A stretch of DNA of 64,000 nucleotides from contig OZ024740.1 in the NCBI GenBank assembly GCA_964016885.1, positions 364,808,001 to 364,872,000 on the forward strand. The letters are read 5' to 3'. The stretch is from Eledone cirrhosa (lineage: Eukaryota). This document shows, in pieces, positions 47,301 through 62,300 of the stretch (position 1 is the stretch's first letter; each line of letters starts with the position of its first letter). The position numbers were made by a program, and so were the translations under genes. The notes below the pieces were generated by a model. It made no database searches and was not told the DNA's origin. It was given only the letters and a program-made list of their open reading frames with translations.

Positions 47301-50300
47301 TATCCTCCTCCTTCTCTCAACCACAGTCAGTATATGTTCTATAGTACTAACAATTAGCTAAACATATCCTCCCGCTTCTCGCAACCACTGTCAGTATATG
47401 TTCTATAGTACTAACAATTAGCTAAACATATCCTCCCGCTTCTCTCAACCACAGTCAGTATATGTTCTATAGTACTAACAATTAGCTAAACATATCCTCC
47501 TCCTTCTCTCAACCACAGTCAGTATATGTTCTATAGTACTAACAATTAGCTAAACATATCCCCCCCTCCTCTCAACCACAGTCAGTATATGTTCTATAGT
47601 ACTAACAATTAGCTAAACATATCCTCCCACTTCTCTCAACCACAGTCAGTATATGTTCTATAGTACTAACAATTAGCTAAACATATCCTCCCCCTTCTCT
47701 CAACCACAGTCAGTATATGCTCTATAGTACTAACAATTAGCTAAACATATCCTCCTCCTTCTCTCAACCACAGTCAATATATGTTCTATAGTACTAACAA
47801 TTAGCTAAACATATCCTCCCGCTTCTCTCAACCACAGTCAGTATATGCTCTATAGTACTAACAATTAGCTAAACATATCCTCCCCCTTCTCTCAACCACA
47901 GTCAGTATATGCTCTATAGTACTAACAATTAGCTAAACATATCCTCCTCCTTCTCTCAACCACAGTCAGTATATGTTCTATAGTACTAACAATTAGCTAA
48001 ACATATCCTCCCCCTCCTGTCAACCACAGTCAGTATATGTTCTATAGTACTAACAATTAGCTAAACATATCCTCCCCCTTCTCACAACCACAGTCAGTAT
48101 ATGTTCTATAGTACTAACAATTAGCTAAACATATCCTCCTCCTTCTCTCAACCACAGTCAGTATATGTTCTATAGTACTAACAATTAGCTAAACATATCC
48201 TCCCCCTCCTGTCAACAACAGTCAGTATATCTTCTATAGTACTAACAATTAGCTAAACATATCCTCTCCCTTCTCACAACCACAGTCAGTATATGTTCTA
48301 TAGTACTAACAATTAGCTAAACATATCCTCTTCCTTCTCTCAACCACAGTCAGTATATGTTCTATAGTACTAACAATTAGCTAAACATATCCACTTCCTT
48401 CTCACAACCACAGTCAGTATATATTCTATAGTACTAACAGTTAGCTAAACATATCCTCCTCCTTCTCTTAACCACAGTCAGTATATGTTCTATAGTACTA
48501 ACAATTAGCTAAACATATCCTCCCCCTCCTCTCAACCACAGTCAGTATATGTTCTATAGTACTAACAATTAGCTAAACATATCCTCCCCCTCCTCTCAAC
48601 CACAGTCAGTATATGTTCTATAGTACTAACAATTAGCTAAACATATCTTCCTCCTTCTCTCAACCACAGTCAGTATATGTTCGATAGTACTAACAATTAG
48701 CTAAACATATCCTCCCCTTCTCTCAACCACAGTCAGTATATGTTCCATAGTACTAACAATTAGCTAAACATATCCTCTTCCTTCTCTCAACCACAGTCAG
48801 TATATGTTCTATAGTACTAACAATTAGCTAAACATATCCTCCCCCTTCTCTCAACCACAGTCAGTATATGCTCTATAGTACTAACAATTAGCTAAACATA
48901 TCCTCCCCCTTCTCTCAATCACAGTCAGTAATTGTTCGATAGTATTAACAATTAGCTAAACATATCCTCCTCCTTCTCTCAACCACAGTCAGTATATGTT
49001 CTATAGTACTAACAATTAGCTAAACATATCCTCCCCTTCTCTCAAACACAGTCAGTATATGCTCTATAGTACTAACAATTAGCTAAACAGATCCTCCACC
49101 TTCTCTCAACCACAGTCAGTATATGTTCTGTAGTACTAACAATTAGCTAAACATATCCTCCCGCTTCTCTCAACCACAGTCAGTATATGTTCTATTGTAC
49201 TAACAATTAGCTAAACATATCCTCTTCCTTCTCTCAACCACAGTCAGTATATGTGCTATAGTACTAATAATTAGCTAAACATATCCTCTTCCTTCTCTCA
49301 ACCACAGTCAGTATATGTTCTATAGTACTAACAATTAGCTAAACATATCCTCCCCCTTCTCATAACCACAGTCAGTATATGTTCTCTAGTACTAACAATT
49401 AGCTAAACATATCCTCTTCCTTCTCTCAACCACAGTCAGTATATGTTCAAGAGTACTAACAATTAGCTAAACATATCCTCCCCCTCCTGTCAACCACAGT
49501 CAGTATATGTTCTATAGTACTAACAATTAGCTAAACATATCCTCTTCCTTCTCTCAACCACAGTCAGTATATGTTCTATAGTACTAACAATTAGCTAAAC
49601 ATATCCTGCCCCTCCTGTCAACCACAGTCAGTATATGTTCTATAGTACTAACAATTAGCTAAACATATCCTCCCCCTTCTCACAACCACAGTCAGTATAT
49701 GTTCTATAGTACTAACAATTAGCTAAACATATCCTCCTCTTCTCTCAACTACAGTCAGTATATGTTCTATAGTACTAACAATTAGCTAAACATATCCTCC
49801 TCCTTCTTTCAACCACAGTCAGGATATGTTCTATAGTACTAACAATTAGCTAAACATATCCTCCCCCTCCTGTCAACCACAGTCAGTATATGTTCTATAG
49901 TACTAACAATTAGCTAAACATATCCTCTTCCTTCTCTCAACCACAGTCAGTATATGTTCTATAGTACTAACAATTAGCTAAACATATCCTCCTCCTTCTC
50001 TCAACCACAGTCAGTATATGTTCTATAGTACTAACAATTAGCTAAACATATCCTCCCCCTCCTGTCAACCACAGTCAGTATATCTTCTATAGTACTAACA
50101 ATTAGCTAAACATATCCTCTCCCTTCTCACAACCACAGTCAGTATATGTTCTATAGTACTAACAATTAGCTAAACATATCCTCTTCCTTCTCTCAACCAC
50201 AGTCAGTATATGTTCTATAGTACTAACAATTAGCTAAACATATCCACTTCCTTCTCACAACCACAGTCAGTATATGTTCTATAGTACTAACAGTTAGCTA

Positions 50301-53300
50301 AACATATCCTCCTCCTTCTCTTAACCACAGTCAGTATATGTTCTATAGTACTAACAATTAGCTAAACATATCCTCCCCCTCCTCTCAACCACAGTCAGTA
50401 TATGTTCTATAGTACTAACAATTAGCTAAACATATCCTCCCCCTCCTCTCAACCACAGTCAGTATATGTTCTATAGTACTAACAATTAGCTAAACATATC
50501 TTCCTCCTTCTCTCAACCACAGTCAGTATATGTTCCATAGTACTAACAATTAGCTAAACATATCCTCCCCTTCTCTCAACCACAGTCAGTATATGTTCCA
50601 TAGTACTAACAATTAGCTAAACATATCCTCTTCCTTCTCTCAACCACAGTCAGTATATGTTCTATAGTACTAACAATTAGCTAAACATATCCTCCCCCTT
50701 CTCTCAACCACAGTCAGTATATGCTCTATAGTACTAACAATTAGCTAAACATATCCTCCCCCTTCTCTCAATCACAGTCAGTAATTGTTCGATAGTATTA
50801 ACAATTAGCTAAACATATCCTCCTCCTTCTCTCAACCACAGTCAGTATATGTTCTATAGTACTAACAATTAGCTAAACATATCCTCCCCTTCTCTCAAAC
50901 ACAGTCAGTATATGCTCTATAGTACTAACAATTAGCTAAACATATCCTCCTCCTTCTCTCAACCACAGTCAGTATATGTTCTGTAGTACTAACAATTAGC
51001 TAAACATATCCTCCCGCTTCTCTCAACCACAGTCAGTATATGTTCTATTGTACTAACAATTAGCTAAACATATCCTCTTCCTTCTCTCAACCACAGTCAG
51101 TATATGTGCTATAGTACTAATAATTAGCTAAACATATCCTCTTCCTTCTCTCAACCACAGTCAGTATATGTTCTATAGTACTAACAATTAGCTAAACATA
51201 TCCTCCCCCTCCTGTCAACCACAGTCAGTATATGTTCTATAGTACTAACAATTAGCTAAACATATCCTCCCCCTTCTCACAACCACAGTCAGTATATGTT
51301 CTATAGTACTAACAATTAGCTAAACATATCCTCTTCCTTCTCTCAACCACAGTCAGTATATGTTCTATAGTACTAACAATTAGCTAAACATATCCTCCCC
51401 CTCCTGTCAACCACAGTCAGTATATGTTCTATAGTACTAACAATTAGCTAAACATATCCTCTTCCTTCTCTCAACCACAGTCAGTATATGTTCTATAGTA
51501 CTAACAATTAGCTAAACATATCCTCCCCCTCCTGTCAACCACAGTCAGTATATGTTCTATAGTACTAACAATTAGCTAAACATATCCTCCCCCTTCTCAC
51601 AACCACAGTCAGTATATGTTCTATAGTACTAACAATTAGCTAAACATTTCCTCCCCTTCTCTCAACTACAGTCAGTATATGTTCTATAGTACTAACAATT
51701 AGCTAAACATATCCTCCTCCTTCTTTCAACCACAGTCAGTATATGTTCTATAGTACTAACAATTAGCTAAACATAACCTCCCCCTCCTGTCAACCACAGT
51801 CAGTATATGTTCTATAGTACTAACAATTAGCTAAACATATCCTCCCCCTTCTCACAACCACAGTCAGTATATGTTCTATAGTACTAACAATTAGCTAAAC
51901 ATATCCTCTTCCTTCTCTCAACCACAGTCAGTATATGTTCTATAGTACTAACAATTAGCTAAACATATCCACTTCCTTCTCACAACCACAGTCAGTATAT
52001 GTTCTATAGTACTAACAATTAGCTAAACATATCCTCCCCCTTCTCTCAACCACAGTCAGTATATGTTCTATAGTACTAACAATTAGCTAAACATATCCTC
52101 CCTCTCCTCTCAACCACAGTCAGTATATGTTCTATAGTACTAACAATTAGCTAAACATATCCTCCCCTTCTCTCAACCACAGTCAGTATATGTTCCATAG
52201 TACAAACAATTAGCTAAACATATCCTCTTCCTTCTCTCAACCACAGTCAGTATATGTTCTATAGTACTAACAATTAGCTAAACATATCCTCTTCCTTCTC
52301 TCAACTACAGTCAGTATATTTTCTATAGTACTAACAATTAGCTAAACATACCCTCCCCCTCCTCTCCATCACAGTCAGTATATGTTCTATAGTACTAACA
52401 ATTAGCTAAACATATCCTCCCCCTTTTCTCAACCACAGTCAGTATATGTTCTATAGTACTAACAATTAGCTAAACATATCCTCCCCCTTCTCTCAACTAC
52501 AGTCAGTATATGTTCTATAGTACTAACAATTAGCTAAACATATCCTCCTCCTTCTCTCAACCACAGTCAGTATATGTTCTATAGTATTAACAATAGCTAA
52601 ACATATCCTCCCCTTCTCTCAACCACAGTCTGTATATGTTCTATAGTACTAACAATTAGCTAAACATATCCTCCTCCTTCTCTCAACTACAGTCAGTATA
52701 TGTTCTATAGTACTAACAATTAGCTAAACATACCTCCTCCTTCTCTCAACTACAGTCAGTATATGTTCTATAGTACTAACAATTAGCTAAACATACCTCC
52801 TCCTTCTCTCAACCACAGTCAGTATATGTTCTATAGTACTAACAATTAGCTAAACATATCCTCCCCTTCTCTCAACCACAGTCAGTATATGTTCTATAGT
52901 ACTAACAATTAGCTAAACATACCTCCTCCTTCTCTCAACCACAGTCAGTATATGTTCTATAGTACTAACAATTAGCTAAACATATCCTCCCCTTCTCTCA
53001 ACCACAGTCAGTATATGTTCTATAGTACTAACAATTAGCTAAACATATCCTCCTCCTTCTCTCAACTACAGTCAGTATATGTTCTATAGTACTAACAATT
53101 AGCTAAACATATCCTCCTCCTTCTCTCAACCACAGTCAGTATATGTTCTATAGTAGTAACAATTAGCTAACATATCCTCCCCCTTCTCTCAACCACAGTC
53201 AGTATATGTTCTATAGTACTAACAATTAGCTAAACACATCCTCCTCCTTCTTTCAACCACAGTCAGTATATGTTCTATAGTACTAACAATTAGCTAAACA

Positions 53301-56300
53301 TATCCTCCCCCTCCTATCAACTACAGTCAGTATATGTTCTACAGTACTAACAATTAGCTAAACATATCCTCCTCCTTCTCTCAACCACAGTCAGTATATG
53401 TTCTATATTACTAACAATTAGCTAAACATATCCACTTCCTTCTCTCAACCACAGTCAGTATATGTTCTATAGCACTAACAATTAGCTAAACATATACTCT
53501 TCCTTCTCTCAACCACAGTCAGTATATGTTCTATAGCACTAACAATTAGCTAAACATATCCTCCCCCTTCTCTCAACCACAGTCAGTATATGTTCTATAG
53601 TACTAACAATTAGCTAAACATATCCTCCTCCTTCTCTCAACCACAGTCAGTATATGTTCTATAGTACTAACAATTAGCTAAACATATCCTCCTCCTTCTC
53701 TCAACCACAGTCAGTATATGTTCTATAGTACTAACAATTAGCTAAACATATCCTCCCGCTTCTCGCAACCACAGTCAGTATATGTTCTATAGTACTAACA
53801 ATTAGCTAAACATATCCTCCCGCTTCTCTCAACCACAGTCAGTATATGTTCTATAGTACTAACAATTAGCTAAACATATCCTCCTCCTTCTCTCAACCAC
53901 AGTCAGTATATGTTCTATAGTACTAACAATTAGCTAAACATATCCTCCCCTTCTCTCAACCACACTCAGTATATGTTCTATAGTACTAACAATTAGCTAA
54001 ACATATCCTCCTCCTTCTCTCAACCACAGTCAGTATATGTTCTATAGTACTAACAATTAGCTAAACATATCCACCCCTTCTCTCAACTACAGTCAGTATA
54101 TGTTCTATAGTACTAACAATTAGCTAAACATATCCTCCCCCTCCTGTCAACCACAGTCAGTATATGTTCTATAGTACTAACAATTAGCTAAACATATCCT
54201 CCCCTTCTCTCAAACACAGTCAGTATATGTTCTATAGTACTAACAATTAGCTAAACATATCCTCTTCCTTCTCTCAACCACAGTCAGTATATGTTCTATA
54301 GCACTAACAATTAGCTAAACATATACTCTTCCTTCTCTCAACCACAGTCAGTATATGTTCTATAGCACTAACAATTAGCTAAACATATCCTCCCCCTTCT
54401 CTCAACCACAGTCAGTATATGTTCTATAGCACTAACAATTAGCTAAACATATCCTCCTCCTTCTCTCAAACACAGTCAGTATATGTTCTATAATACTAAC
54501 AATTAGCTAAACATATCCTCCCCTTCTCTCACCCACAGTCGGTATATGTTCTATAGTACTAACAATTAGCTAAACATATCCTCTTCCTTCTCGCAACCAC
54601 AGTCAGTATATGTTCTATAGTACTAACAATTAGCTAAACATATCCTCCCCTTCTCTTAACCACAGTCAGTATATGTTCTATAGTACTAACAGTTAGCTAA
54701 ACATATCCTCCCCTTCTCTCAACCACAGTCAGTATATGTTCTATAGTACTAACAATTAGCTAAACATATCCTCCTCCTTCCCTCAACCACAGTCAGTATA
54801 TGTTCTATAATACTAACAATTAGCTAAACATATCCTCCCCTTCTCTCAATCACAGTCAGTATATGTTCTATAGTAATAACAATTAGCTAAACATATCCTC
54901 CCCCTTCTCTCAACTACAGTCAGTATATGTTCTATAGTACTAACAATAGCTAAACATATCCTCCCCTTCTCTCAACCACAGTCAGTATATGTTCTATAGT
55001 ACTAACAATTTGCTAAACATACCCTCCCCTTCTCACAACTACAGTCAGTACATGTTCTATAGTACTAACAATTAGCTAAACATATCCCCTTCCTTCTCTC
55101 AACCACAGTCAGTATATGTTCTATAGTACTAACAATTAGCTAAACATATCCTCCCCTTCTTTTAACCACAGTCAATATATGTTCTATAGTACTAACAATT
55201 AGCTAAACATATCCTCCTCCTTCTCTCAACCACAGTCAGTATATGTTCTATAGCACTAACAATTAGCTAAACATATCCTCCCCATTCTCTCAACTACAGT
55301 CAGTATATGTTCTATAGTACTAACAATTATCTAAACATATCCTCCCCTTCTCTCAACCACAGTCAGTATATGTTCTATAGTACTAACAATTAACTAAACA
55401 TATCCTCTTCCTTCTCGCAACCACAGTCAGTATATGTTCTATAGTACTAACAATTAGCTAAACATATCCTCTTCCTTCTCTCAACCAAAGTCAGTATATG
55501 TTCTATAGTACTAACAATTAGCTAAACATATCCTCCTCCTTCTCTCAACTACAGTCAGTATATGTTCTATAGTACTAATAATTAGCTAAACATATCCTCC
55601 TCCTTCTCTCAACTACAGTCAGTATATGTCCTATAGTACTAACAATTAGCTAAACATATCCTCCCCTCCTCTCAACCACAGTCAGTATATGTTCTATAGT
55701 ACTAACAATTAGCTAAACATATCCTCTTCCTTCTCGCAACCACAGTCAGTATATGTTCTATAGTACTAACAATTAGCTAAACATATACTCTCCTTATCTC
55801 AACCACAGTCAGTATATGTTCTATAGTACTAACAATTAGCTAAACACATCCTCCTCCTTCTCTCAACAACAGTCAGTATATGTTCTATAGTACTAACAAT
55901 TAGCTAAACATATCCTCCCCCTTCTATCAACTACAGTCAGTATATGTTCTACAGTACTAACAATTAGCTAAACATATCCTCCTCCTTCTCTCAACCACAG
56001 TCAGTATATGTTCTATAGTACTAACAATTAGCTAAACATATCCTCTTCCTTCTCTCAACCACAGTCAGTATATGTTCTATAGCACTAACAATTAGCTAAA
56101 CATATACTCTTCCTTCTCTCAACCACAGTCAGTATATGTTCTATAGTACTAACAATTAGCTAAACATATCCTCCCCCTTCTCTCAACCACAGTCAGTATA
56201 TGTTCTATAGCACTAACAATTAGCTAAACATATCCTCCTCCTTCTCTCAACCACAGTCAGTATATGTTCTATAATACTAACAATTAGCTAAACATATCCT

Positions 56301-59300
56301 CCCCTTCTCTCAACCACAGTCGGTATATGTTCTATAGTACTAACAAATAGCTAAACATATCCTCTTCCTTCTCGCAACCACAGTCAGTATATGTTCTATA
56401 GTACTAACAATTAGCTAAACATATCCTCCCCTTCTCTTAACCACAGTCAGCATATGTTCTATAGTACTAACAATTAGCTAAACATATCCTCCCCCTTCTA
56501 TCAACTACAGTCAGTATATGTTCTATAGTACTAACAATTAGCTAAACATATCCTCCTCCTTCTCTCAACCACAGTCAGTATATGTTCTATAGTACTAACA
56601 ATTAGCTAAACATATCCTCTTCCTTCTCTCAACCACAGTCAGTATATGTTCTATAATACTAACAATTAGCTAAACATATCCTCCCCTTCTCTCAACCACA
56701 GTCAGTATATGTTCTATAGTACTAACAATTAGCTAAACATATCATGTTCCTTCTCTCAACCACAGTCAGTATATGTTCTTTAGCACTAACAATTAGCTAA
56801 ACATATCCTCCTCCTTCTCTCAACCACAGTCAGTATATGTTCTATAATACTAACAATTAGCTAAACATATCCTCCCCTTCTCTCAACCACAGTCGGTATA
56901 TGTTCTATAGTACTAACAAATAGCTAAACATATCCTCTTCCTTCTCGCAACCACAGTCAGTATATGTTCTATAGTACTAACAACTAGCTAAACATATCCT
57001 CCCCCTTCTCTCAACTACAGTCAGTATATGTTCTATAGTACTAACAATAGCTAAACATATCCTCCCCTTCTCTCAACCACAGTCAGTATATGTTCTATAG
57101 TACTAACAATTTGCTAAACATATCCTCCCCCTTCTATCAACTACAGTCAGTATATGTTCTACAGTACTAACAATTAGCTAAACATATCCTCCTCCTTCTC
57201 TCAACCACAGTCAGTATATGTTCTATAGTACTAACAATTAGCTAAACATATCCTCTTCCTTCTCTCAACCACAGTCAGTATATGTTCTATAGCACTAACA
57301 ATTAGCTAAACATATACTCTTCCTTCTCTCAACCACAGTCAGTATATGTTCTATAGTACTAACAATTAGCTAAACATATCCTCTCCTTCTCTCAACCACA
57401 GTCAGTATATGTTCTATAGTACTAACAATTAGCTAAACATATCCTCCCCTTCTCTCAACCACAGTCAGTATATGTTCTATAGTAGTAACAATTAGCTAAC
57501 ATATCCTCCCCCTTCTCTCAACCACAGTCAGTATATGTTCTATAGTACTAACAATTAGCTAAACACATCCTCCTCCTTCTCTCAACAACAGTCAGTATAT
57601 GTTCTATAGTACTAACAATTAGCTAAACATATCCTCCCCCTTCTATCAACTACAGTCAGTATATGTTCTACAGTACTAACAATTAGCTAAACATATCCTC
57701 CTCCTTCTATCAACCACAGTCAGTATATGTTCTATAGTACTAACAATTAGCTAAACATATCCTCTTCCTTCTCTCAACCACAGTCAGTATCTGTTCTATA
57801 GCACTAACAATTAGCTAAACATATACTCTTCCTTCTCTCAACCACAGTCAGTATATGTTCTATAGTACTAACAATTAGCTAAACATATCCTCCCCCTTCT
57901 CTCAACCACAGTCAGTATATGTTCTATAGCACTAACAATTAGCAAAACATATCCTCCTCCTTCTCTCAACCACAGTCAGTATATGTTCTATAATACTAAC
58001 AATTAGCTAAACATATCCTCCCCTTCTCTCAACCACAGTCGGTATATGTTCTATAGTGCTAACAAATAGCTAAACATCCTCTTCCTTCTCGCAACCACAG
58101 TCAGTATATGTTCTATAGTACTAACAATTAGCTAAACATATCCTCCCCTTCTCTTAACCACAGTCAGTATATGTTCTATAGTACTAACAATTAGCTAAAC
58201 ATATCCCCTTCCTTCTCTCAACCACAGTCAGTATATGTTCTATAGTGCTAACAATTAGCTAAACATAACCTCTTCGTTCTCTGAACCACAGTCAGTATAT
58301 GTTCTATAGTATTAACAATTTGCTAAACATACCCTCCCCTTCTCACAACTACAGTCAGTACATGTTCTATAATACTAACAATTAGCTAAACATATCCCCT
58401 TCCTTCTCTCAACCACAGTCAGTATATGTTCTATAGTACTAACAATTAGCTAAACATATCCTCCCCCTTCTCACAACCACAGTCAGTATATGTTCTATAG
58501 TACTAACAATTAGGTAAACATATCCTCCTCCTTCTCTCAACCACAGTCAGTATATGTTCTATAGTACTAACAATTATCTAAACATATTCTCTTACGTCTC
58601 TCAACCACAGTCAGTATATGTTCTATAGTACTAACAATTTGCTAAACATATCCTCCCCCTTCTATCAACTACAGTCAGTATATGTTCTACAGTACTAACA
58701 ATTAGCTAAACATATCCTCCTCCTTCTCTCAACCACAGTCAGTATATGTTCTATAGTACTAACAATTAGCTAAACATATCCTCTTCCTTCTCTCAACCAC
58801 AGTCAGTATATGTTCTATAGCACTAACAATTAGCTAAACATATACTCTTCCTTCTCTCAACCACAGTCAGTATATGTTCTATAGTACTAACAATTAGCTA
58901 AACATATCCTCTCCTTCTCTCAACCACAGTCAGTATATGTTCTATAGTACTAACAATTAGCTAAACATATCCTCCCCTTCTCTCAACCACAGTCAGTATA
59001 TGTTCTATAGTAGTAACAATTAGCTAACATATCCTCCCCCTTCTCTCAACCACAGTCAGTATATGTTCTATAGTACTAACAATTAGCTAAACACATCCTC
59101 CTCCTTCTCTCAACAACAGTCAGTATATGTTCTATAGTACTAACAATTAGCTAAACATATCCTCACCCTTCTATCAACTACAGTCAGTATATGTTCTACA
59201 GTACTAACAATTAGCTAAACATATCCTCCTCCTTCTCTCAACCACAGTCAGTATATGTTCTATAGTACTAACAATTAGCTAAACATATCCTCTTCCTTCT

Positions 59301-62300
59301 CTCAACCACAGTCAGTATATGTTCTATAGCACTAACAATTAGCTAAACATATACACTTCCTTCTCTCAACCACAGTCAGTATATGTTCTATAGTACTAAC
59401 AATTAGCTAAACATATCCTCCCCCTTCTCTCAACCACAGTCAGTATATGTTCTATAGTACTAACAATTAGCTAAACATATCCTCCCCCTTCTATCAACTA
59501 CAGTCAGTATATGTTCTATAGTACTAACAATTAGCTAAACATTTCCTCCTCCTTCTCTCAACCACAGTCAGTATATGTTCTATAGTACTAACAATTAGCT
59601 AAACATATCCTCTTCCTTCTCTCAACCACAGTCAGTATATGTTCTATAATACTAACAATTAGCTAAACATATCCTCCCCTTCTCTCAACCACAGTCAGTA
59701 TATGTTCTATAGTACTAACAATTAGCTAAACATATCCTGTTCCTTCTCTCAACCACAGTCAGTATATGTTCTTTAGCACTAACAATTAGCTAAACATATC
59801 CTCCTCCTTCTCTCAACCACAGTCAGTATATGTTCTATAATACTAACAATTAGCTAAACATATCCTCCCCTTCTCTCAACCACAGTCGGTATATGTTCTA
59901 TAGTACTAACAAATAGCTAAACATATCCTCTTCCTTCTCGCAACCACAGTCAGTATATGTTCTATAGTACTAACAACTAGCTAAACATATCCTCCCCCTT
60001 CTCTCAACTACAGTCAGTATATGTTCTATAGTACTAACAATAGCTAAACATATCCTCCCCTTCTCTCAACCACAGTCAGTATATGTTCTATAGTACTAAC
60101 AATTAGCTAAACATATCCTCCTCCTTCCCTCAACCACAGTCAGTATTTGTTCTATAGTACTAACAATTAGCTAAATATATCCTCCCCCTTCTCTCAACCA
60201 CAGTCAGTATATGTTCTATAGTGCTAACAATTAGCTAAACATAACCCCTTCGTTCTCTGAACCACAGTCAGTATATGTTCTATAGTATTAACAATTTGCT
60301 AAACATACCCTCCCCTTCTCACAACTACAGTCAGTACATGTTCTATAATACTAACAATTAGCTAAACATATCCCCTTCCTTCTCTCACCCACAGTCAGTA
60401 TATGTTCTATAGTACTAACAATTAGCTAAACATATCCTCCCCCTTCTCACAACCACAGTCAGTATATGTTCTATAGTACTAACAATTAGCTAAACATATC
60501 CTCCTCCTTCTCTCAACCACAGTCAGTATATGTTCTATAGTACTAACAATTATCTAAACATATCCTCTTACGTCTCTCAACCACAGTCAGCATATGTTCT
60601 ATAGTACTAACAATTTGCTAAAGATACCCTCCCCTTCTCACAACTACAGTCAGTACATGTTCTATAGTACTAACAATTAGCTAAACATATCCCCTTCCTT
60701 CTCTCAACCACAGTCAGTATATGTTCTATAGTACTAACAATTAGCTAAACATATCCTCCCCTTCTTTTAACCACAGTCAATATATGTTCTATAGTACTAA
60801 CAATTAGCTAAACATATCCTCCTCCTTCTCTCAACCACAGTCAGTATATGTTCTATAGCACTAACAATTAGCTAAACATATCCTCCCCCTTCTCTCAACT
60901 ACAGTCAGTATATGCTCTATAGTACTAACAATTATCTAAACATATCCTCCCCTTCTCTCAACCACAGTCAGTATATGTTCTATAGTACTAACAATTAGCT
61001 AAACATATCCTCTTCCTTCTCGCAACCACAGTCAGTATATGTTCTATAGTACTAACAATTAGCTAAACATATCCTCTTCCTTCTCTCAACCACAGTCAGT
61101 ATATGTTCTATAGTACTAACAATTAGCTAAACATATCCTCCTCCTTCTCTCAACTACAGTCAGTATATGTTCTATAGTACTAACAATTAGCTAAACATAT
61201 CCTCCTCCTTCTCTCAACTACAGTCAGTATATGTCCTATAGTACTAACAATTAGCTAAACATATCCTCCCCTCCTCTCAACCACAGTCAGTATATGTTCT
61301 ATAGTACTAACAATTAGCTAAACATTTCCTCTCCTCCTCTCAACCACAGTCAGTATATGTTCTATAGTACTAACAATTAGCTAAACATTTCCTCTTCCTT
61401 CTCTCAACCACAGTCAGTATATGTTCTATAGTACTAACAATTAGCTAAACATATCCTCTTCCTTCTCGCAACCACAGTCAGTATATGTTCTATAGTACTA
61501 ACAATTAGCTAAACATATCCTCTCCTTCTCTCAACCACAGTCAGTATATGTTCTATAGTACTAACAATTAGCTAAACATATCCTCCCCTTCTCTCAACCA
61601 CAGTCAGTATATGTTCTATAGTAGTAACAATTAGCTAACATATCCTCCCCCTTCTCTCAACCACAGTCAGTATATGTTCTATAGTACTAACAATTAGCTA
61701 AACATATCCTCCTCCTTCTCTCAACCACAGTCAGTATATGTTCTATAGTACTAACAATTAGCTAAACATATCCTCCCCCTTCTCACAACCACAGTCAGTA
61801 TATGATCTATAGTACTAACAATTAGCTAAACATATCCTCCTCCTTCTCTCAACCACAATCAGTATATGTTCTATAGTACTAACAATTATCTAAACATATC
61901 CTCTTACGTCTCTCAACCACAGTCAGTATATGTTCTATAGTACTAACAATTTGCTAAACATATCCTCCCCCTTCTATCAACTACAGTCAGTATATGTTCT
62001 ACAGTACTAACAATTAGCTAAACATATCCTCCCCCTTCTCTCAACCACAGTCAGTATATGTTCTATAGCAGTAACAATTAGCTAAACACATCCTCCTCCT
62101 TCTCTCAACCACAGTCAGTATATGTTCTATAATACTAACAATTAGCTAAACATATCCTCCCCTTCTCTCAACCACAGTCGGTATATGTTTTATAGTACTA
62201 ACAAATAGCTAAACATATCCTCTTCCTTCTCGCAACCACAGACAGTATATGTTCTATAGTACTAACAATTAGCTAAACATATCCTCCCCTTCTCTTAACC

